From Promethearchaeota archaeon (GTDB taxonomy: Archaea; Asgardarchaeota; Lokiarchaeia; Sigyniarchaeales; SOKP01), in contig JAHLWS010000053.1 of NCBI GenBank assembly GCA_019057795.1, positions 58,261 to 122,260 on the forward strand: a stretch of DNA of 64,000 nt, in the 5' to 3' direction. The position numbers and the translations under genes were made by a program. How positions within the stretch are numbered: the stretch's first letter is position 1; every line of letters begins with the position of its first letter. Positions 55,083 through 63,246 of this stretch are shown here, in pieces. The notes beneath the pieces were generated by a model, which ran no database searches, was not told the origin of the DNA, and saw only the letters and a program-made list of their open reading frames with translations.

Positions 55083-55433
55083 AGAAATATGGAGAAAATC
55101 TCTCTCAATTCCGTTACAGAATTGAAAGTTAATAGTTTCAATCAAACCTCAATGTATTAAAATGATAGAATGTTGACGATTCAAATCATATGTGGTATAA
55201 AAGAATTTAATAATAAATTTAATCTAAAATCTTTTATCTTTTCTAATAGTTTCTTGCTTCAAAAAGAATACTTTTTAGCTTGATTCTCACACTTTTTAAT
55301 AATAAATAAAGGAGTATGTATTCTTAAATTTATAATTATGATTTAAAGAACTAAATACATGTAATATTTATTTTTCATTAGTAAATTAATATAGTCCACA
55401 AATTTATATTGATGAATTTCTTATATAATCATA

Positions 55434-55518
55434 GAAACGGTACGAGGGATGTGGGTTTTACTCACTAACCTCAATCGCTGATTAGTAGAGAAAATTATTT
55501 AATTAATTATTCTCTACT
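55434..55518 (+). ncRNA. candidate structured ncRNA convergent with the DUF3800 gene
   Basis: Nested stems CGGU/GCUG, GAGG/CCUC and GUGGGU/ACUCAC, then AGUAGAGAA/UUCUCUACU; TTTATAT at 55403-55409. Confidence 0.5.
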
Positions 55519-56309
55519 TACACTAATTTTTCTTTTATTATCTCTAAATAATCATTAGGATAAATTTTCAATCCTTTTTGAAGACAATCAGGATATTCAC
55601 GAAATTTATTTTTGATTAATTCGAAACAAATTTTATTTATTTCATCTAATTCCTCTAATCCTTCGCCATAGCAAATGTGTCTTAACCATCTTCTAACACA
55701 AAAAGCTACATTATCAGCTATTTGAATTCCCATGCTTTCCTTAGATTTTAGGAAATATATTTTTGGTATAATATTCCTTATTTCTATATAACTAGGATGT
55801 TCTTTTGAATAAATTGCTTTCTTTAATATATCTATTTTGTATTTATTCCATTCACCCTCATCATCCATAAAAATAGTTAAAAAATCACATCGAGTTAATT
55901 CTTGAACAAACATTTGTAATCTTTCGATTAACATTAAATTAGCCCAAAATCTAGGGTCTTTACCTTCATCTAATTCCTTTTTAAAAATGGCTACAGAAAT
56001 GATTGTAAGATTTAGGTATTCGATTATTTCAAGTAATTTTTTATAGATCTCTAATCTTTGTTCATAAGTTAATCGTTTAAATTCTTTTTTCATCTTATCT
56101 TTCTTTTTATTTTTTAATAACTCTTTAACATGGAATTCAACATCTGGATTTAATTGATATTCAAATACTAATTGTTCCCTAAAATTAGACATTATAGTAT
56201 CGATTTGTTGAAAATCCTCTTCTTTAATTAAAATTGCAGTCAATGAAAAAATCTTACTTTCATCATTCATATGAGGAGATCCTGATTCATCTATGTATGC
56301 TAAGACCAT
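55518..56309 (-). CDS. DUF3800 domain protein (RNase H-like fold)
   Basis: N-terminal YIDESG, EFH and IQIADNVA (QxAD) motifs. Confidence 0.85.
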   Translation of the reverse strand: MVLAYIDESGSPHMNDESKIFSLTAILIKEEDFQQIDTIMSNFREQLVFEYQLNPDVEFHVKELLKNKKKDKMKKEFKRLTYEQRLEIYKKLLEIIEYLNLTIISVAIFKKELDEGKDPRFWANLMLIERLQMFVQELTRCDFLTIFMDDEGEWNKYKIDILKKAIYSKEHPSYIEIRNIIPKIYFLKSKESMGIQIADNVAFCVRRWLRHICYGEGLEELDEINKICFELIKNKFREYPDCLQKGLKIYPNDYLEIIKEKLV

Positions 56310-56554
56310 TTTTTAGTTTGCTTTAATTTATTAGAATTTTAATCTCTTTGAATCAATTAAAGGATTTAATAGACTAATGAAAATACAAATTTATAAATTT
56401 AAATGGTTTTATTTTAAGAATATATTTGAGTTCTCTAATTTTTGTATACTCTTTTTCTTCTCACACATTTTTTCTTTTTACTAAATAAATAAAAAATTTA
56501 TTTAGTTTTTCGCATTTTAAATACTAAAACAATTACAATATTTGTTATTTTAAT

Positions 56555-56639
56555 GCGGGAATTGCCAAGTCTGGTCTACGGCGCTGGACTTAGAATCCAG
56601 TCTCAGAGGAGTTCGGGGGTTCAAATCCCTCTTCCCGCA
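56555..56639 (+). tRNA. tRNA-Leu(TAG), no intron
   Basis: GCGGGAA/TTCCCGC acceptor; CTGGA-CT TAG AA-TCCAG anticodon arm; long variable arm. Confidence 0.95.
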
Positions 56640-56850
56640 TTTATTATATTTTGCTTTAGATAATTTGATATTTATAATTGATCTTTCTTAAAATCGAATA
56701 TTCAATAAATTTTTAACAAATTTTAGCGTAAGACTTATTATAATAAAATATAAAAGAAATTAGCCACCTTAAATATTTATCGATAAAAACCCAAGTAAAG
56801 CAATAAATTGATTATTTCACTTCTAGGATATAAAAGAGGTCTTTAAAAAA

Positions 56851-57432
56851 ATGGTATGCCAAATTTGTGGAGCAAAATCTGGATTTTATCCATTATGTAA
56901 GAATTGTAATAACTTAAAAGAAGAAGGTATAATAACTAAATGTGACGATTGCGGTATTTGGAAAAAAGATGCAAAACCGCTATGTTATGAATGCTGGCTT
57001 AAAAGTAATAAGGCAAAACAAAAAGCATCAGATGATTACAAAATCTCAGGTATCGAAGCTGAAGAGAAAAATTTCCGATCCAAATTTAAAGCTAAATATA
57101 GAACAGATGATGGTCATATGGTCAGGTCAAAAGCAGAGCAAGCCATCGATAATTGGTTATATCGTCAGGAAATCGCTCACGCTTATGAAAGACGAGTTCC
57201 AGTCGAAGAATACCTCTACTGCGATTTTTTTATACCAAAAGGGAAAGTATGGATAGAATACTGGGGTTTTCAGGACAAAAAATATTTAAAAAGAAAAGAA
57301 TTGAAGAAAGAACTCTATAAAAAATATGATAGGAAGCTAATAGAGCTAACCGATAAAGACATAGAAACTCTTGATGATATTTTACCAGTAAAACTACGAC
57401 CTTATTTTCCGGACGACTTTAGTTTTGATTAG
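56851..57432 (+). CDS. Zn-finger plus restriction-endonuclease-like (Vsr/DUF559-type) nuclease domain protein
   Basis: Two N-terminal C-x2-C...C-x2-C modules; GHMVRSKAE, CDF and IEYWG motifs. Confidence 0.7.
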   Translation: MVCQICGAKSGFYPLCKNCNNLKEEGIITKCDDCGIWKKDAKPLCYECWLKSNKAKQKASDDYKISGIEAEEKNFRSKFKAKYRTDDGHMVRSKAEQAIDNWLYRQEIAHAYERRVPVEEYLYCDFFIPKGKVWIEYWGFQDKKYLKRKELKKELYKKYDRKLIELTDKDIETLDDILPVKLRPYFPDDFSFD

Positions 57433-57729
57433 AATCTTTCAAAGACCTATTTTAAATCTTTTTGATGCCGAGATAATTCTCTATGATTCCCAAGATAGAT
57501 TAAAAGATTAATACAGTCGAAAATAATCTCCAGCGAAAATTCAAAATGCCCAAATTAATATCGAAAATTTTTAGCAATACACCATATACCCCAAATCTTG
57601 CCATTCTCGCTTTCTCAATTTCTTACATAACAAAATTTAAAATCGAACCTTAATTTGTCTTTTATATCAAAATAATTGTTTTTAGCATTCTCTTTAAAAA
57701 AGAATACAAAGAAACGTTATTTTTTATAT

Positions 57730-57864
57730 GCTTCTGTAGTGTAGTTCGGCCAATCTTTTCTCAAACCTCTAGGAAAGGGCTTGGCATGCTAGGCTTTCAC
57801 CCTGGTGACAATACGGAACATGTCGAACCGTATCATTAACCGGGTTCGAATCCCGGCAGAAGCA
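57730..57864 (+). tRNA. tRNA-Glu(TTC) with two introns: 21/22 (57754-57783) and 48/49 (57810-57839)
   Basis: BHB1 GGCC-AA|T...GGCT-TG|G; BHB2 GGTG-AC|A-ATACGG...CCGTAT-CATT-AA|C. The spliced product closely matches the tRNA-Glu(CTC) in this window. Confidence 0.9.
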
Positions 57865-57896
57865 TTATATATAAATAGCATAGGAATTGAAAAGTA

Positions 57897-58111
57897 GCCT
57901 CGATAGCTCAGTTAGAATTGGAAAGAGCACCGTTTCGGTGTGTTTGACTAAGTAGAACAATGTAAAATTGTTGCCTACAGCACCCGGCTTTTTTTAGCCA
58001 TTGTGGGTTCATATGATGGCGGGATTTACCACAAAACCGGAAGTTAACCGGGCGGTCGCATGTTCGATCCATAAAACTCTTGAATTCCAAGGTTTGGAAA
58101 AGCTCGGGGCG
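57897..58111 (+). tRNA. tRNA-Asn(GTT) with four introns (18/19, 22/23, 33/34, 63/64)
   Basis: Exons 57897-57915, 57952-57955, 57979-57989, 58043-58072 and 58102-58111 join into a canonical 74-nt cloverleaf; each junction has BHB/BHL geometry. Confidence 0.8.
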
Positions 58112-58127
58112 CTTTTTCTCCTTTTAT

Positions 58128-60308
58128 TTACTTACATTTTATTTTTTTGATTTTTTGAAGCTCTTGGAGCCCTTTTTCACTTAAGATGATGTGCCTATCG
58201 TTATTTTCACTTGAGATGATAACAAGTTCTTTTTTAACGAGATTTACTAGATTTTTTCTAACATTTCGCGTAATCACTCCGGCGCTGTCGGCTATATCTT
58301 TTGTTCGTATTATTGTTTTATGGTGAGTTAACTTTGCGATATGTACGAGATATTTCATCCACGCTTCTCCATATCCATATTCACTATTTTGGAGCTTTTC
58401 CAAATCCTTATTATTTAAAATTTTGATTGAATTTCTATTATTATCATTATCAAAATTCAACTTGATAGGATCCTTTTCAAATTTTATATATTGGCCTACA
58501 TCCTTTTGGTGGATAATAGTATTAGTAATTTTGCTTTCCTCTTTAGGAGCTTTCATACTACTTATTTTATTTTTTTGATTAATTTTTGGTTTTATCGTAA
58601 GTTCTCTATCAATATCTTTTGGAAATTTGAAATTACGAACATTTTTTTCTAGTATGTTAAAATAGGTTTTAACCTGCCCCCAATGTTCTGAACTGATAAT
58701 TTCTTCATGTTGCGTTTTAAAGTTAGTGGAGTGAATCATTTGATGACAATTACTACATAAGCTTACGCAATTTTTTTTTATTAGTTCATTTTTAATTTGG
58801 TTTAGTTCATAACTTTGGATTTTTGACCACAATCTCCATTTATCATCGTTTACATCCCTATGATGAAATTGTATAGTGGGTAAATTATTCTGAGTTGTAA
58901 TTTGTTCACATCCTACACATTTTCCTCCATATAATTTGTTGACTATGGTAAATTTTTTTATTTGGCGGACCACATTTTGGAGTTCAGCGATTTTAATCGG
59001 TTCAGATAAATTATTTCTTATATCTTCTCTGATTTCCTTAGTAGTCGCATTGAGGTTAAAATTTGTGCTCTTTATTATATTTCCAAAGTTTTTATAAGTT
59101 TTTGTTCTTTGTTTGGTGTGACAATTTCTGCAGAGAATCTTTACTTTTTCCTTTTCTAGAATCTCTTTTGTTCTTTCCCAATTTTTATACATCCTTTCGT
59201 GCCATGAAGTCTTTTTTATAGATGGGTCAGTATGGTGAAATTCAAGAGCAGGGAGTTTTTCAGGGCCAGTATTACAATCTGGGCATTTCGCACCGAATTT
59301 TCCGTTGTTTAAATTTTCCATAACTTTAACTTTATTTTTGAGCGCAAAGATTTGTTTTTGTTCGCCGTCACATTTCTTACAAGTGCTTTTAGGGTATAAG
59401 ATCTCATTTTTCCGACGGAAAGTAAAGTTAGCGTAGGTTTTAATTTCATGACATCTTCCGCATTCCTTACTTTTGCCGTCAAAATATAGCTTTTTTAACG
59501 ATAAATCTGGTTTTATTGGTATTTGTAATAATTTTCGCCATCTAGATATTGTTCCTTGGTCAACACCACATATTTTCCCAAGTTTTGTACCATTTAGGTT
59601 CCAAGTTGGGTTATGATATACCGTTTGAAACCATGTTTTATGTCGATACAGCGGATTTTGTCTGGAAGGGTCTTTTGTTGGATCTAAAGCGATTTTGTTA
59701 TGCTTAACATATCTATTAGGCTTGTTGGTTATGTTCCAATTTTCTGCGGTACTTTTCCAATCGAGCTTTTTTATTTCTTCTTTAATTTTTTCAAGGTTAA
59801 ATGTGTCGTTTTTTATATTTTGATTAGAGTGCGTATGATCTCTGTTAAGGTTATTAACATCGAAGTTCTTGTTGTCTTTGGCTTCAATTTTAGGTAAAGC
59901 TATTTTGTTTTTTGTTATTTGTGAGGCGTCCAGCTTACTCGGTTCAATTTTATTTTTAGATTTCTCGGGTGTAAATCGTTGAGGTTGGATTCTATGTTTT
60001 GGTTCTTTCTGTATATCCATCTGTCGGAGTTTAATTTTATTTCTGGACGGAGTTAGAGGGTTAGATTTTTGATGTTGGATTTTATGTCTTGGCTCTTTCT
60101 TTGGATCTATCTTTCGGGGTTCAATTTTGTTCTTCGGTTTGTCTTTCGGCTTCTGGCTCGAGCCCTCGATTTTTTTATCCTTATAGTCGTTTTTTTTATT
60201 TTTTGGTTTGTCGTCTGGTTTCGAAGAGATTTTACCCTTTTCGGCTTTCTCGGTATTAGGTTTTTCGTATGATGTTTCAGGTTCCGACTTGGGTGAGTCG
60301 AGGTCCAT
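58128..60308 (-). CDS. multidomain protein: low-complexity N-terminus, HTH, Zn finger, two HNH-like modules and a C-terminal wHTH
   Basis: C-x2-C...LEFHH-x-D...LCRNCH and C-x2-C...IQFHH-x-D...LCSNCH; LGKICGVDQGTISRW; TKDIADSAGV. Confidence 0.75.
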   Translation of the reverse strand: MDLDSPKSEPETSYEKPNTEKAEKGKISSKPDDKPKNKKNDYKDKKIEGSSQKPKDKPKNKIEPRKIDPKKEPRHKIQHQKSNPLTPSRNKIKLRQMDIQKEPKHRIQPQRFTPEKSKNKIEPSKLDASQITKNKIALPKIEAKDNKNFDVNNLNRDHTHSNQNIKNDTFNLEKIKEEIKKLDWKSTAENWNITNKPNRYVKHNKIALDPTKDPSRQNPLYRHKTWFQTVYHNPTWNLNGTKLGKICGVDQGTISRWRKLLQIPIKPDLSLKKLYFDGKSKECGRCHEIKTYANFTFRRKNEILYPKSTCKKCDGEQKQIFALKNKVKVMENLNNGKFGAKCPDCNTGPEKLPALEFHHTDPSIKKTSWHERMYKNWERTKEILEKEKVKILCRNCHTKQRTKTYKNFGNIIKSTNFNLNATTKEIREDIRNNLSEPIKIAELQNVVRQIKKFTIVNKLYGGKCVGCEQITTQNNLPTIQFHHRDVNDDKWRLWSKIQSYELNQIKNELIKKNCVSLCSNCHQMIHSTNFKTQHEEIISSEHWGQVKTYFNILEKNVRNFKFPKDIDRELTIKPKINQKNKISSMKAPKEESKITNTIIHQKDVGQYIKFEKDPIKLNFDNDNNRNSIKILNNKDLEKLQNSEYGYGEAWMKYLVHIAKLTHHKTIIRTKDIADSAGVITRNVRKNLVNLVKKELVIISSENNDRHIILSEKGLQELQKIKKIKCK

Positions 60309-62362
60309 TAGTAACCACCCCAGGCTTCAGGTTCAACATCTAAAGTTTTAATTATATATTCTTCTGCGGAAGCCCCGTTAAAAACCAAGGCATTTCGCGG
60401 TTCTTGGTTTTTTAGATAGCTAAGTTCTTTATTATCTAGTGTAAAGTATTTTCCACATTCAAGGTCGAGTCTGAACACGATTTTCAAGCTTGGAGATTTT
60501 GTTACGCACCGGAACAGGGATGAGGGTTCTTGGTCGATAATAAGAAATCCGAGGCCTCTGCTGCGGTATTCTTCGAGTAGCATTTTAAACACATCTTCGA
60601 GTCGCTCTTTGGCGATGACATTGTCGTCATATGGGTTATTAGAGAGAGCTTTTGCGAGGATTGCATCTGGTTCATCAATGACGATGAGATTGTTGAGTTG
60701 ATTAGATTCCAAGGAAGATGTAAGCGTTATAATCATTTGAAATAGCGCGTTTGTTAAAATGCGTTGCGTCCATATGCTGCATTCAGTTAAGTCGAAGTAG
60801 AAATTTTTACCGTTCCTCCATTCAGTAAACCAACGGGGAGTTTCGGCCGTTAAACACAGGGTTTTTTCGATAATTGGGCTGCTCAACCTCTCGAGCACTT
60901 TATTTGAGATTTCGCTTGTAATGTTGGTATGAAATTTCTCATGGTATCCTTGTTTAGGGTTGTCAAGGTAATCTAAAGTTTTTTCGAAGAGAATCCGAGG
61001 GTAATTAGGTAAATTCTTGCCTTTATCCTGCTCCATCATTACATTTTTAAGAACTGTGGTTGTGGTTCCTTTTAAGCCGAGGGAAGCTGTAAGATACATA
61101 GCGGTTTTTTGTACGTATTTATCCAAGTCTGTAGTATCAGAATTAGGTTTTACGAAATAAGGAATCTTTAAATCGTCGTCTCCATATGTTAGAATTTCAT
61201 CTGAGTGAAAGAATCGTTCTTGGTTTTTTTTGGAGAGTCCTATTGTTAAAATACCGACGTGAGGTGCTTTAGTGGCAATTTCTTGAACGATTCTACTAGC
61301 ACAGTAAGTTTTCCCAGAACCAGTGGAGCCGACAATGATTCCACTTAGAGCCAAATCGTTAATTCGAATATAGGCGTTAGATCCTGAGAGAACTCCTTGT
61401 CGGAACATTTTACCAAACCAAATGTAATTTTTATTATCCTCAGTTATAGGTAAATCAACAATTTTTTCGTTCTCAAGAATATAAGGCTGTGGAAGTCCTG
61501 AATGGCGAGGGAAGTTAAAATCAACGCTTTTAGGTGAGATAAAGTGAGGTACTTCATGTTCGGGTATGGTTTCTTGAAGTAAATAATACCCCCTTCCCGT
61601 TTGGATATTATCGGTATTTTTCCAAAAGCAATTTCCTACAAGAATTTTTTTCCAAGTGTCCGGAAATGTATTTGCTATGCGAGCTTTCTCCATTTTGATG
61701 TTATAAGTGCTTTTCGCCAAGAATTCTAAATCCGATTTAAGCATAAGTCTTTGGAAATCAGTCGTTTTACGATTATTATGCGTAATTCTGATGAAAATCT
61801 TGACCTTAAATTCTTTATGGGCGGTAGAATCCTTTAAATAAAAACCGCCCCTAGAATCTATAGCATCGTCTTTTTGCCAAACAAGATAAAATCGGAGGTT
61901 CCTGTGCGAATCTTGGTCATTTCTGCTGCTATGAATGAAATTTTTTATCAGAGAGATTTTATCTGGATTATGGATTTTTGGGAGGCAAAGTTCATAGATT
62001 GTCTTTTTTTCTTCGAACATAAAAGGATAAATTGGAACTATCTTTACTTTCCCGTCCAATCCAGGAAAAACTCTCTTAAGGATGTTCAAAAGCCTATAAC
62101 CTTTTATATGGGCTTCTTCGAGAGTTAAAGTGTTTATAAAAAATTCCCAACCAATTTCATTGCCGATAGAGCTAAGTTCCAATCCGTAAACTGTTTGGTC
62201 TTGGAAATAATTTCGCATCCAAGTTTTTCCAATTTCGTATCTTTCTTTTAAACCATAACCAAAAATAGTTTCTTTTTCTTGTTTTAATGGGCCTTGTGTG
62301 ATTTTAATTTTTACCAGCCATATTTCGGCTTCCAATTCCATAAGATTCAATCCTTTCCTCAT
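60308..62362 (-). CDS. HerA/VirB4-like (DUF87) ATPase
   Basis: GSTGSGKT, VIDEP, EYRSRG, IDQEPS and KIVFRL motifs. Confidence 0.8.
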   Translation of the reverse strand: MRKGLNLMELEAEIWLVKIKITQGPLKQEKETIFGYGLKERYEIGKTWMRNYFQDQTVYGLELSSIGNEIGWEFFINTLTLEEAHIKGYRLLNILKRVFPGLDGKVKIVPIYPFMFEEKKTIYELCLPKIHNPDKISLIKNFIHSSRNDQDSHRNLRFYLVWQKDDAIDSRGGFYLKDSTAHKEFKVKIFIRITHNNRKTTDFQRLMLKSDLEFLAKSTYNIKMEKARIANTFPDTWKKILVGNCFWKNTDNIQTGRGYYLLQETIPEHEVPHFISPKSVDFNFPRHSGLPQPYILENEKIVDLPITEDNKNYIWFGKMFRQGVLSGSNAYIRINDLALSGIIVGSTGSGKTYCASRIVQEIATKAPHVGILTIGLSKKNQERFFHSDEILTYGDDDLKIPYFVKPNSDTTDLDKYVQKTAMYLTASLGLKGTTTTVLKNVMMEQDKGKNLPNYPRILFEKTLDYLDNPKQGYHEKFHTNITSEISNKVLERLSSPIIEKTLCLTAETPRWFTEWRNGKNFYFDLTECSIWTQRILTNALFQMIITLTSSLESNQLNNLIVIDEPDAILAKALSNNPYDDNVIAKERLEDVFKMLLEEYRSRGLGFLIIDQEPSSLFRCVTKSPSLKIVFRLDLECGKYFTLDNKELSYLKNQEPRNALVFNGASAEEYIIKTLDVEPEAWGGY

Positions 62363-62369
62363 TTTAACC

Positions 62370-63128
62370 TTACCACTGAGCTTCTCTCCTATGTTTTGCG
62401 GGTTTAACGCGTCGTCGAGTTAACTTTTTTATATTCACTCTTTCAGAACCAGTTGAACTTCTCTTGCCTAAAACTTGTTGAATAAATGCCCTTAATCCTA
62501 TAAATCCATATTTATATACATGATACCCTAAGAAAATTAAAAAATATGTCAGAATTTCGTGAAAAACTTCAAACTGAAAATTTGTGACACCAAACCAAAC
62601 TGTATATATTGATAATAACAATAAGCAAATCTGATAGAGCGAATATCTCCAATCAAATTGGAAGGAACTAAAAATTGCAAATAAATCAGCTAATGAAGGC
62701 GACGCACTTAACACCAATGACACCATAATAAAAATATACAGATAGAAAATTACTACTTCCAAGCTTGGATTCTTTAATTGCTCCCATAAAAAGAAAAAGA
62801 GCCAGAACGAAAGATAAAGGGGTGCAAATCCGATTAATAACACTTGTAAAAAGGTTAATTTATTAAACTCTTTTAATTCAATTCTTCCACCATACTTCAG
62901 ACCAAATTTTGACTCGTTATCAGAATGCTCTAGTATTTTCATGGTTCGGATTTGAGTATCAGTCAATAGACACATTAAGATGTGGCAAAGTTCGTGTATT
63001 AATATACTTAAAACTGCTAAAACTTGAAAAAATTTGTTTAACGGCTCAGGTGCTACCACTAAAAGAACATATGACATTACCACTGAAAATACCGCAAAAC
63101 CTACCATAAATATGATTTCTTCGAACAT
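62370..63128 (-). CDS. M50-like membrane zinc metalloprotease
   Basis: HELCH within a TM context; FAPL and PS-x2-D motifs. Confidence 0.75.
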   Translation of the reverse strand: MFEEIIFMVGFAVFSVVMSYVLLVVAPEPLNKFFQVLAVLSILIHELCHILMCLLTDTQIRTMKILEHSDNESKFGLKYGGRIELKEFNKLTFLQVLLIGFAPLYLSFWLFFFLWEQLKNPSLEVVIFYLYIFIMVSLVLSASPSLADLFAIFSSFQFDWRYSLYQICLLLLSIYTVWFGVTNFQFEVFHEILTYFLIFLGYHVYKYGFIGLRAFIQQVLGKRSSTGSERVNIKKLTRRRVKPAKHRREAQW

Positions 63129-63246
63129 TAGTCGCTACTATTATAATTTTTTATTTATTTGGTAACTTTATAAATTCGTTTTATTTAAAAGGAAAAATAT
63201 CGTTTGAACTATAGAACTATAATTGATGGTATTCGTCTCGTATTCA

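Noticed and set aside
57433-57700. Possible decayed gene between the nuclease gene and tRNA-Glu
   Set aside because: Multiple stops and no recognisable similarity; a pseudogene call cannot be supported.
57906-57931. Simpler parse using the intronic GAGC as the D-stem
   Set aside because: It needs a 15-nt D-loop and has no convincing BHB for the remaining insertion.
57983-58052. Alternative reading as tRNA-Lys(TTT) using CT-TTT at the start of intron 3
   Set aside because: BHB geometry places the cuts at 33/34, giving GTT, and the GCC acceptor with G73 fits Asn.
59880-60160. Possible CRISPR or DNA tandem array
   Set aside because: The repeats are degenerate, in frame and protein-level; there are no identical repeats with spacers and no cas genes in the window.
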